A DNA stretch of 64,000 bases, taken from Octopus sinensis (lineage: Eukaryota). The notes under the pieces were generated by a model that was not told the origin of the DNA, did no database searches, and was given only the letters and a program-made list of their open reading frames with translations. The stretch covers positions 66,898,001-66,962,000 of the forward strand of contig NC_043010.1 in NCBI RefSeq assembly GCF_006345805.1, given 5' to 3'. The translations under genes were made by a program, and so were the position numbers. Shown piece by piece: positions 11,775-22,714 of the stretch (the first letter of the stretch is position 1; each line of letters opens with the position of its first letter).

Positions 11775-12198
11775 CTCTCTATATATGGAAAATGGGACTC
11801 TTTGTCATACAGCTAAAACGACCAAAGATCGGTTGGAAGAGAATGGCATTAAAAAGCTTCCATGGCCAAGTCAGTCACCAGATATGAACATCTCTGGGGC
11901 GTAATGAACTGGACACTTCGTAAAAAAGAAAAAAAAAAACGAGAAAGCATCCTCAAATCTAGATTATTTTTGAGATTACTGCATGAAACATGGTATGAAA
12001 TTCGTTAAGAGAACATTCGTCATTTGATCAGTAGCATGCCTAATACAGACCTTGCACTGAAAAATGCAAAGGGCATGTCTACTAATTATTAGATATTCAC
12101 GTTATAATAATTAGCAAATAATCTGAATGTATAATTTCAGATTTAAATAAATTTGAACGATTATAATGGTGTCTATTTACTTCTGTCATGTCTGTATA
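11775..12198 (+). pseudogene. Tc1-like transposase 3' remnant with terminal repeat
   Basis: MENGTLCHTAKTTKDRLEENGIKKLPWPSQSPDMN; ends in ...CTGTA. Confidence 0.8.
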
Positions 12199-13539
12199 CT
12201 TGCAAACAATTTGACTTACAATGACAATATACTTTGTGTGAGCAAAATAAATTTGGACAAATATTATTGTCAAGAAATGCTTTACTATTTTCCATTGTAT
12301 GTAAATTTTGTAAGTATCCGTATGAAATAAGCACACATTTGTTAGAAACGGTATTTTTATGGTTTTTTTTTTAGACAAAGCGAGGGTATCCTGTAGCTCA
12401 CAAGTTGAAAGACTGGGGCCATTTTTGGATTCAAAGGCCAAAAGTTAGACAAAAGTAAGTGTTAGATCTAACTCAACGAAAATTGTGCTCCTCAGAGTTA
12501 TTAATTCTAAAATTGGAGGATAAGAGCAGAAAAAAAAATGCTTTATTGTTCTTTGAAGAAGGCAAGTAAACTTGGATGCCCATTCACCAAGCTACCACAA
12601 CGGCCTCCGTGCTACGAAATACAATAAAATCAAATTAAAATTTAACTTCGCACTGCATGCCGTCTCATACGGGGAATACAAGTGATTCTCCTTTCATTAA
12701 GTGACTTGGATGCCACTTGTCGGCAGGTGTAAAAGGGGCAGGTCGAAGATCACTCGGCGGCCGACATTAAGACGAGCCGAAGACAGTTAACAGTGGAACG
12801 GATGTTCAAGAGTAATAACCGGTCTCAGCCGGTAGAGAAAGCTTGCTTCGCAATGGATTGAACACCTAAGTTTAAATCTAATTCTTTTTATTAAATATTA
12901 TCCATTCCCTATGCTTAATGTATCTTTAATTTCTTTATTAAATATGTAGCTATTCCTTTTAATAAAGTTGTATCTACTCCTTATATTTAAAAAAAAACAT
13001 GGGGATATTTTATATGTGATTAAATGTTTGAGAGGTGGTGTTGTATGTCAAGTCGATGACCCAAGTTTAATGTTTGCTCTATAACCGATGTTTCTTTATC
13101 TTCGTCTCGTTTATATTTGAGCACTTCTTTTGCAGTCCTATAAACCCTTTTGTTTCTGTAAAAGGAGACACATATTATTTCTTGTTGTTTCCTGGTATTT
13201 TACTTACATAAAGATTGAATCGCAACTTAAGTACAAAGAAACGAAGGAAAAAAAGGGGGAGGGAGTACACCCCAGAACAATTGGCATATTCAACTGCGCC
13301 CTGCGAACATAATATCGATGGTACTGCAGCGGACAATGGCCAGCGACACGCGCTGCGGCAACCACTGCACCTCGCGGGGTTCATTTCTCAGACGGGCCGT
13401 AGTTACTCCGATTTTGGAAAGGAGATCGGTAGTGCAGGGACCGTGCGGTCTCGATGGCGACCGGAATAAACTGACAGCGGTCGGGACAGGCTCCTATATT
13501 TATTTATGTTTCTCTACTCTGCATTACAAGCTTCGATAT

Positions 13540-14190
13540 CCAGGTTCGCGGCCGATGCAAGGCACAAGGACAACAATTTCAGGGGAGGGCATAAATCGAT
13601 TATATCAGCCTCCGGGTTCAACTGGTTTTTATTTTATCGATCCCAAAAGAATGAAAGGCAAAAATCGACCTCGGTGGAATTTGAATTCATAAAGTAAAAT
13701 CGAAAGAAATAAATGTCGGTGCAGTAACGAGTCTGCCAGTTCGTCACCACCGCCTTAAATCTACTCATATTGATTTCAAATTTTGGCACAAGGTCGGCAA
13801 TTTCATCAACCTTAGTAGGTACTTATTTTACCGAACCCAAAAGGATGAAAAGTAAAGTCTATCTCGGTGGAATTTGAACTCAGAACGTAAGGACAGACGA
13901 AATGCCGTTAACCATTTTGCCCCGCGCGGTAACGATTCTGCAAGATCACTGCTCAAAAATCGATTCTTAATATTGGTTTCAAATTTTGCCACAAGGGCAG
14001 CCATTTTGGGGGAAGGGATGTGTCGATTACATCGACCCCCAGTGTACAACTGCTACTTAATTTACCGATCCCGAAAGTATGAAAGGCAAAGTCGACCTCG
14101 GTGGGATTTGAACTCAGAACGTAGCGACGGGCGAAACACTGCTAAGCATTTCGTCCAGCTTGCTAACGATTCTGCTAGCTCGCTGCCCTA
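13540..14190 (-). mobile_element. Degenerate SINE family A copies
   Basis: Three diverged GTCGACCTCGGYGGAATTTGAA-like bodies with heads. Confidence 0.8.
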
Positions 14191-14416
14191 ATGTTGAGTC
14201 CTAATACTCAATGTATTGGTTGTCCGGAAAGTTCGTACCGATTTTCATTTTCTGTATACATCGATAGGCCATTAAAATAAACACACCAGATTGTCCATTT
14301 ACAAAGTCAAGTGACAGAGAAAAAGGGGAAGAAAGACAGAGAGAAAAAATATAAAAAAATAAAGAATAAAAATGTAAATAAAGAAAATGAAAGGGAAAAA
14401 AGGAAAGAAAATTCAC

Positions 14417-14830
14417 ATAGGCGCAGGAGTGGCTGTGTGGTAAGTAGCTTGCTAACCAACCACATGGTTCCGGGTTCAGTCCCACTGCGTGGCATCTTGG
14501 GCAAGTGTCTTCTGCTATAGCCCCGGGCCGACCAATGCCTTGTGAGTGGATTTGGTAGACAGAAACTGAAAGAAGCCTGTCGTATATATGTATATATATA
14601 TTTATATAAGTGTGTGTATCTGTTTGTGTGTTTGTGTTTGTCCCCCTAGCATTGCTTGACAACCGATGCTGGTGTGTTTACGTCCCCGTCACTTAGCGGT
14701 TCGGCAAAAGAGACCGATAGAATAAGTACTGGGCTTACAAAGAATAAGTCCCGGGGTCTAGTTGCTCGACTAAAGGCGGTGCTCCAGCATGGCCGCAGTC
14801 AAATGACTGAAACAAGTAAAAGAGTAAAGA
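14417..14830 (+). mobile_element. tRNA-derived SINE family B, near full length
   Basis: ATAGGCGCAGGAGTGGCTGTGTGGTAAG...GGGTTCAGTCCC...tail GAAACAAGTAAAAGAG. Confidence 0.9.
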
Positions 14831-14854
14831 GTATTGACAATATGCTCTTCTCCG

Positions 14855-14990
14855 TACGTTTGGCCAGTTAAGACAATCTTTTGCACTTTGTGTATGGATG
14901 GTAAGCCACGGATCATTCTTAAATAATTTTCAGTTCCTTTTTTTTTATCATTCCAAGTGCTCCTACAATCACTGGTATTGTAACCGTCTT
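14855..14990 (-). pseudogene. R4/Dong-type restriction-like endonuclease C-terminal fragment
   Basis: KKGTENYLRMIRGLPSIHKVQKIVLTG aligns with KETDCYLTQIPGNPKMAEIQKIVLMG of the ORF at 31100..31399. Confidence 0.65.
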
Positions 14991-15545
14991 GAGATGCCAC
15001 ATATTTTAAAGGAAAGAAAAAGGTCAATAAATACTTGCCATTACCCAAGCTTTACCAGGTGCTCATGAATGACAGATTTTGATAGGTTGAGACTTTCCGC
15101 CAATTCTCGGGTTGTGCAATGTGGGTTATTCTCAATTAATGACTTGATTTGGTCATCATCTGTAGCGGATGGTCTGTCTGATCGCTCTTTATCAATAAGG
15201 CTACAATCTCCAGCTCGGAACCTTGCGAACCACTTCGGTACAGTTCTTTCTGATAAAGTAACATTACCCGTAAACTGCGAATATTTCTTTGGTTGCTTGT
15301 GAGGCATTTTTCCCTTTACGGAAAAAGAAAAGCACCAAATAACGAAAATGAACTTTCTTATCTTCCATTTTAAAGGGTTACAGAATTAACACAGGTTATA
15401 GGAACATAAACCTTCTTCCACGAAAAGATAGTTTAAAATGGAGGTGTAGACAAATCCTATTTTATGGACTCAAACATATTCTAAAATAAGTCGAAATGTA
15501 AGCTACTATAAATCGGCACGAACTTTCCGGACAACCCAATATATA

Positions 15546-15950
15546 AAGGCGGCGAGCTGGCAGAAACGTTAGCACGCCGGGCGAAATGCTTAGCAGTATT
15601 TCGTCTGCCGCTACGTTCTGAGTTCAAATTCCGCCGAGGTCGACTTTGCCTTTCATCCTTTCGGAGTCGATTAAATAAATACCAGTTACGTACTGGAGGT
15701 CGATATAATCGACTTAATCCGTTTGTCTGTCCCTGTTTGTCTCCTTGTGGGCAATAATGAATGAAGAATCGTTCGCATGCCGGGCAAAATGCATAGCAAC
15801 ATATCGTCAGTCTTTACGCCCCGAGTTCAAATTCCCCTTTCAGGGGTCGTTTAAATAATTACCAGTTGAATACTGGGGTCGATTTAATCGACTTAGCCTT
15901 AGCCTCTTCACCAAAATTACTACCCTGGTGGCAAAATTTGAAACATATAT
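15546..15950 (+). mobile_element. SINE family A dimer (A1 plus degenerate A2)
   Basis: Head plus body, then partial head plus second body. Confidence 0.85.
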
Positions 15951-16419
15951 TAAATGTTTCAGTTTTTAACATTTAATATGTTGTTGGATATCAAAATATT
16001 TTCAATGACCTCATAAAAAAAAAGAAACAAATAAAGAAAAAAAAAGGAAAGAAAAAGTAAGAAAGAAAAAACACTTCTATTTATAGCCTCGTAATATTAC
16101 GACTTCATATTTCATGTTCGGTTGGCCTCGCTATCTATATCAGTATGTTATCATCTGAAACCGATCTAACGCTGAGGAAATATTTGAATTAAAAGTCCTT
16201 AAAAGTGCTGAATTTTACTTTAATTTTTTTGGGGGCTTTGCTTAGCTGAAAATGAACAAACCAAAATCTGTTATAACGAGGTAAGTGTTTGTAGCGTTTA
16301 TAATTATTGTTAATTATTGTAATATTTGATAATATTATCTTTATATTAGAGATGAAAACGAATTTTAAATTGCCAATCACTTTAGTATTCTCCTCATTGG
16401 GTTTATGCGTGCGTGAGTG

Positions 16420-17832
16420 TATGCATGCATGCATGTATGTATGTATGTATGTATGTATGTATGTATGTATGTTTGTATGTATTTATGTATGTATGTATGT
16501 ATGTATGTATGCATGCATGCATGTATGTATGTATGTATGTATGTATGTATGTATGTATGTATGTATGTATGTATGTTTGTATGTATGTTTGTATGTATGT
16601 ATGTTTGTATGTATGTATGTATGTATGTATGTTTGTTTGTATGTATGTATGTATGTATGTATGTTTGTATGTATGTATGTTTGTATGCATGTATGTATGT
16701 TTGTATGTATGTATGTATGTATTTATGTATTTATGTATGTATGTATTTATGTATGTATGTATGTATGTTTGTATGTATGTATGTATGTTTGTATGTATGT
16801 ATGTATGTATGTATGTATGTATGTATGTATGTATGTATGTATGTATGCATGTGTGTATGTATGTATGTATGTATGTATGTATGCATGCATGTATGTATGT
16901 ATGTATGTATGTATGTATGTATGTATGTATGTATGTATGTTTGTATGTATGTATGTATGTATGTATGTTTTATGTATGTATGTATGTATGTATGTATGTA
17001 TGTATGTATGTATGTATGTATGTATGTATGTATGTATGTATGTTGTATGTATGTATGCATGTATGTATGTATGTATGTATGTTTGTATGTATGTATGTAT
17101 GTATGTATGTATGTATGTATGTTTGTATGTATGTATGTATGTATGTATGTATGTATGTATGTATGTTTGTATCTATGTATGTATGTATGTATGTTTGTAT
17201 GTATGTATGCATGTATGTATGTATGTATGTATGTTTGTAGGTATGTATGTATGTTTGTATGTATGTATGTTTGTATGTATGTATGTATGTTTGTATGTAT
17301 GTATGTATGTTTGTATGTATGTATGTATGTATGTATGTATGTATGTATGCATGTGTGTATGTATGTATGTATGTATGTATGTATGTATGTATGTATGTAT
17401 GTATGCATGCATGCATGTATGTATGTATGTATGTATGTATGTATGTATGTATGTATGCATGCATGCATGTATGTATGTATGTATGTATGTATGTATGTTT
17501 GTATGTAGTGAGGGCGCGTTGCTTAGTGGTTAGGGCATTTGGCTCATGATCGTAAGGTTGTGAGTTCGATTCCCGGCGGCGTGTTGTGTCCTTGAGCAAG
17601 ACACTTTATTTCACGTTGCTCCAGTCCACTCAGCTGGCAAAAATGAGTAGTACCTGTATTTCAAAGGGGCCAGCCTTGTCACATTCTGTGTCACGCTGAA
17701 TCTCCCCGAGAACTACGTTAAGGGTACACATGTCTGTGGAGTGCTCAGCCACTTACACGTTAATTTCACGAGCAAGCTGTTCCATTGATCGGATCAGCTG
17801 GAACCCTCGTCGTCGTAACCGACGAAGTGCTC

Positions 17833-17866
<34 letters not shown>

Positions 17867-18105
17867 TGTATGTATGTATGTATGTATGTATGTATGTATG
17901 TATGCATGCATGTACGTATGTATGTATGTATGTATGTATGTATGTATGTATGTATGTATGTATGTATGTATGTATGTATGTATGTATGCATGTATGTATG
18001 TATGTATGTATGTATGTATGTATGCATGCATGTACGTATGTATGTATGTATGTATGTTTGTGTGTATGTGTGTATGTATGTATGTATGTATGTAATGTAT
18101 GTATG
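16420..18105. repeat. ~1.4 kb of (ATGT)n microsatellite, split by a SINE C copy
   Basis: Visible directly; produces the MYVC/HTYI ORFs. Confidence 0.97.
17510..17832 (+). mobile_element. tRNA-derived SINE family C, full length
   Basis: A box AGTGGTTAGG, anticodon-like CTCATGA, B box GAGTTCGATTCCC; tail ...CTCGTCGTCGTAACCGACG. Confidence 0.9.
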
Positions 18106-18190
18106 TGCAGATTTGCATGTCTTATGTATTTATTCTCATGCATATAACTACATATCTAGACATGCTCATATATTTACATTATTTATATTT

Positions 18191-18483
18191 GACGTAGTGG
18201 TTAAGAGCTCGGGCAACTAACCCCAAGATTCCGAATTCGATTCCAGGCAGTGACCTGAATACTGCTACTACTACTACTACTACTACTACCACTACCACTA
18301 CTACTACTACTACTAATAATAAAAACAACATCGAAAAATACCTTTGGAATTAGAACCCAAGTTCGAAATTTCCCCAAGACACCTGGTTGTGTTAACAACG
18401 AACGAGATGAGGACAAATATCCGTCAAATGTAAATAATATAAATAATGTACTTAATTCCTGATCTCTTAAATATACAACTGTA
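18191..18483 (+). mobile_element. Family D: tRNA-like head, (ACT/AAT)n, then a tail whose hammerhead core is deleted
   Basis: GTAGTGGTTAAG (A box) and AATTCGATTCC (B-box-like). The tail matches 57385-57522 but lacks 30 nt between 18385 and 18386. Confidence 0.75.
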
Positions 18484-18754
18484 TGATGCTCATATATATT
18501 TAAATGATGAACTTCTGCAAAGTTTTACAAATTTTTACGCTTCCAGTGATAGATTGGATCTCTAGTCTTCGAATTAGCTTTCTCCTTTCTGGTTTTGAGA
18601 AGTCTAATTTCTCAAAATTGGTATTTAGGCTTAGTGCGTTACATATCTCAGGATCCCAATAATTACAGGTATAAACCTGAACTTGTAGTCTGGATAGAGT
18701 AACTGAAGATTTCTCAATAATCATCGTAGGTGTTCTCTCTCCCCACCCTCTCTG

Positions 18755-18829
<75 letters not shown>

Positions 18830-18892
18830 AAAAAATGAAGTTTGAAAATGCTGCTATATTAGACAAATTTTTGATTTTATATATACATTATT

Positions 18893-18939
18893 TATTTAAC
18901 ATGTTTCGGTTCTTGAAATGACGAACCTTATCAAAAAAA
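18893..18939 (-). ncRNA. Minimal type I hammerhead motif, U3-A8 core variant
   Basis: Minus strand: TTTTT-TTGATAA-GGTTC gtcatttcaa GAACC-GAA-ACATGT-T-AAATAAA; perfect 5-bp stem II with G10.1-C11.1 and a palindromic stem III. Confidence 0.72.
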
Positions 18940-19228
18940 TTTATATATAAAAAAGATAGTTCATGCTATCAAATATAAAAAATTCATATATAATAAAAAA
19001 TTCATATATAGTGGAGCGAGTCCATGCTATATGTTTAAAGAGTATGAAGTAGTAGTTCATAGTGGTGATATGCATTCAATATAAAAAAATTCATGTTCTT
19101 GAAAAAGCGAGGAATTCATTTTAGGTTTTACTTTGTGTTCCAATGGGAGCAACTGTGATGACTGTTGGTTGGTGTCTGTTCGAATAGTTCTGGTGAATCT
19201 TGTGAAATGTTTGGGTTTTATATCACCT

Positions 19229-19600
19229 GTTAGGTGGCTAGTCCAGCGGAACGGGACGTCATCAAAGTTTTGACCAATCGTCTCGTTAGGTGGCTAGTCC
19301 AGCAGAACGGGACGTCATCAATGTTTCGACCAATCAGAATCGGGTCTGACCTATAGCTGTATTAGCTCTGACCCATGTCTGTATCCTGTTAGGTGGCTAG
19401 TCCAGCGGAACGTGACGTCATCACTGTTTTGACCAATCATCCCGTTAGGTGGCTAGTCCAGCAGAACGAGACGTCATCAATGTTTAGACCAATCAGAATC
19501 GTGTCTGACCCTTAGCTATATCGTATGTGGAAACTGACCAAGCAGGGTGACAATAGATTGCCCACTGAGGCAATACGTCATCAGTTTCTTGACGAATCAG
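19229..19600. promoter_or_regulatory. Array of GACGTCATC (CRE/ATF-like) + GACCAATC (CCAAT) modules in the PLE 3' region
   Basis: Units start at 19229, 19285, 19388 and 19444, with a degenerate fifth near 19575. The regulatory role is inferred. Confidence 0.55.
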
Positions 19601-21014
19601 GATTAGATCTGCTCGTAGAGATCTTTTTATGAATTTTTTTCCCTTTCCCTAAGACATATTTCTGTCAGTGTGAGTAACTGTTTAAGGCAGCGGCCGTGGT
19701 GGAATTTCGCTTCTCCTTTTCGGAGGACCAATCTTTTGTTTTAATATTCCTAGCCCAGGGTGTTCAAACTTGGTCTAAATTTTTTGATGAAATACAGTTC
19801 TTTATTTTGGCGTTGTGTGAAGGTTACGCTGTCACTGAATTTATAAAGCGGGTAAGTTGTAAATTTCGGATTTACATTTCCAGCACATCTATCTATGTGT
19901 CCGCTGACCGGTATTTTCCGGTATTCAGGATTTCTAATTTGTGATTTATGCACCGCCATCCTGTTACGTAAGCTATTTTTTGTATGGCCTATATACTGCC
20001 TATTGCAGCCTGCGCATGTTATGACGTAAATTAAGTTTACTGATGTGCAGGTGAAGTTTGCTCTAATGGTGAACTGATGGCCTTGTTCTAGTATAAATTC
20101 TGAACCTTCTATCAAGATGACACAGATTCCGCAGTTGGGCCTTCCACATTTTCTAACTGCTGGTTTTGTGGTTGATGTTGAGTGCAGTTTAGCTTGGGTT
20201 AAAATCCTTTTCAAGGATTTTGGTTGCCGTTTACTTTTAATGATGGTGTGTGTTTCGAGGATCCTGTTCATCTTTGGGTCTCCCTTTAGTAGGGCTGTGC
20301 TTTGTAGTATGGTGCCGAAGGCCTCATTGTTGAGTGGGTCGTGTGTAGAGATGTAGGGAAGGGTTTTTAATTGTTCTTTCTTTTTTGGTTTTGTTTGTCT
20401 CAGGTCTTCTATACTTAATTTGAGTGCCCTTTGGATTGCACTGTCTATTAGGGGCTGTGGATAGTTTCTATTTGTGAGTGTGGTTCTAAGTTCCTGGAGA
20501 CGTGTGTGTCTGATATTATGGTGCAGATCCTTCTAGCTAAACAAAAAGGGACATTTATTCTAGTGTGTCGTGGGTGGCATGAATCAAAGGGTAGGTATTG
20601 TTTGGAGTCTGTCGGTTTATAGTAGATATCTGTCTCTATTTTGTTGCCGGTTTTCTTAATGAGGATGTCTAAAAATGGTAATTCTTCTTCGTTATGATCC
20701 ATCGTGAATTGTATATTATCATTTATTCCATTTAATAGTATTTTAAATTCCTCAAGTTTCTCTATACTTTTGTCCCAGATGATGAAACAGTCATCGAGGT
20801 ATCTTTTCCAGTTGTTCTGGATATAGGTGGAGAAGGTGTTTCCAAATTTCTCGAGTGTTATCCGGTAGAGTATTTTCTCGAGGTATCCCATCAGCTGGTT
20901 GGCAAAAGATGGTGCAGTACGCGTGCCCATCGCTGTTCCCGATCTTTGTCTGTAGAAATTATTGTCAACAATAAAGTAATTGTTTTCTAGAATAAACCTA
21001 TAAATATATAAATC

Positions 21015-21057
<43 letters not shown>

Positions 21058-21060
<3 letters not shown>

Positions 21061-21579
21061 ATTGCCTCCTTCCTCCTTTTACCACTGACCACTGACCTGC
21101 GACTGCTACGTCCACCACCTTTCGCCCTACGTACACACACTTACCTATAGACGCACGCACTAATATATACACATTTTTTTTATCTCGCACATCGTTACGG
21201 CCGCTGCCCGCTACTCGCCGTCGCCTTACACACACATACACACACGCACACGTACATACTCACATACACACCTTCTTCTTCCCATTCCTCGAGTTGTTAC
21301 CTACCTTCTTTTTCCGCTCTCCTGTCTTTGAAAACCTGTCCCCGCTCGTCTAAGACTTCCGGCCTTTCAGCATGTTTACCTCGTGAAAACCAGTCGCGTT
21401 TTTTTCCCTCCGTCCGCCCGCCTCGGGATCTTTCTTTCTCTTATGTTTCCGACGAAGAGCTCCGCTCGAAACGTCATACCCTCCTTCTTCCCGTTTTCCT
21501 GAGCGCCTAATAATAATACTTTAATTGTTCCACCTCCTTGTGTTGTTGTTTTTTCTGTTTTCTCGTTTGGATTAACCTT
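21058..21579 (+). mobile_element. Non-coding PLE-like terminal unit (solo pLTR / non-autonomous) bounded by (TA)n
   Basis: Contains a hammerhead-like motif; its last ~100 bp recur inverted at 60197-60315, again next to (TA)n. Confidence 0.65.
21445..21479 (+). ncRNA. Minimal hammerhead-like motif (U4C), probably degenerate
   Basis: CCGACGA-A-GAGC tcc GCTC-GAA-ACGT-C; stem I imperfect. Confidence 0.6.
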
Positions 21580-21586
21580 ATATATA

Positions 21587-21656
<70 letters not shown>

Positions 21657-21660
<4 letters not shown>

Positions 21661-22205
21661 AGGGTTTGGACAAAATAATAGAAACACCTTAAAATTTCAA
21701 ACAAATTTATTTTAATATGGGATAGGACCACCTTTGGCAGTAATTATAGCTTGAATTCTATGATGTATGGACTCGTGCAAAGTTTGAATTGTTTCCAAAG
21801 AAATTTTTGTCCATTCTTCAGCTAAAAGAGTTTCCAGTTCTTGTAGTGATCATGGTGGAGGATATCGACTCCTTACTTGTTTTTCTAAAATGCACCATAA
21901 ATGTTCAATAATATTGAGATCTGGGGACTGTGGTGGCCAGATAAAATGTTCAACTTCACTAGAATATTCCTTGTGCCATTCAGTAACAACTTTAGCTGTA
22001 TAAATTGGTGCATTGTCATCCTGAAAGATTGCGTTTCCTTCCGGAAACAACTCCGCAGCTATAAGATGAATTTGATCAAATAAAATGCTTAAATAGTCTT
22101 ACCTATTAATTCTGCCATAAAGAGAAACCATTGGGCTACGGATTTCCAAGATATAGCCCCCCACCGATCATTACAGATCCTCCTCCATGTTTGCCCGTGG
22201 GCAAT
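21657..22205 (-). pseudogene. Tc1 (DD34E) transposase 3' remnant
   Basis: KHGGGSVM...GAISWKS, FQDDNAP, WPPQSPDLNIIEHLW. Confidence 0.9.
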
Positions 22206-22229
22206 TATGGAGTGAATTTTAGGGCTTAT

Positions 22230-22624
22230 AAATCTAATATTTTCCTATCCTTCCTTAATACCGGTTCCTATATGCTATTCATATCTGTACTCGGTCTGCT
22301 TAGGTTGTTGTGTCCTAGCATATGTGCTGCTTCTTTTAGTTTTTGTATTTTCCAGTAGTTCTCTGTCTATTATTTTAACTTCATCCCACAGGGGGAGGTA
22401 GTCTCCATTTTTCCATACATGATCAGCTATACCCGATTTATCAATATGACCCCGTGTCACCACTTTGCGATGTTTCTCTACCCTTATTTTGAGGGGGCGG
22501 CATGTTTCACCTTTGTATCACCTACCACAGCTGCATGGGATGGAGTACACGCAGTTTTTGGTCATATTCTCTTCTATTGGTGGTTTTATTTGAAGGAGAT
22601 ATTTGCGAAGTGTTATATTACTCT

Positions 22625-22625
<1 letters not shown>
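22230..22625 (-). pseudogene. Penelope/Poseidon-type GIY-YIG remnant
   Basis: CVYSIPCSCGR...KSGIADHVWKNG...WDEVKIIDRE. Confidence 0.85.

Positions 22626-22714
<89 letters not shown>

Larger units (their letters stand above)
14214..15541 (-). mobile_element. Internally deleted mariner element (N-terminal HTH retained), interrupted near its left TIR
   Basis: TIR-like TTGG(G)TTGTCCGGAAAGTTCGT at 14216 and its complement ending at 15539+TA. ORF 15041..15307 (ERTVPKWFARFRAGDCSL...RSDRP...TTRELAE) is a mariner DNA-binding domain. Confidence 0.85.
18827..21003 (-). mobile_element. 5'-truncated Penelope-like (Neptune-like) element flanked by (TA)n on both sides
   Basis: GTAMGTRTAPSFAN, WKRYLDDCF (RT), CGRPNCGIC linker, LIYVITC...YIGHT (GIY-YIG). 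An internal deletion lies near 20480. Confidence 0.92.

Noticed and set aside
17510-17585. tRNA gene (CAT anticodon-like); similar heads at 6560-6630, 18191 and 33090-33162
   Set aside because: There is no complete acceptor stem, and each continues into a repeated SINE body.
16307-18220. Long ORFs (up to 408 aa) of MYVC/HTYI repeats; likewise YLSI, VCVC and THTH ORFs elsewhere
   Set aside because: They are translations of stop-free microsatellites with no coding signal.
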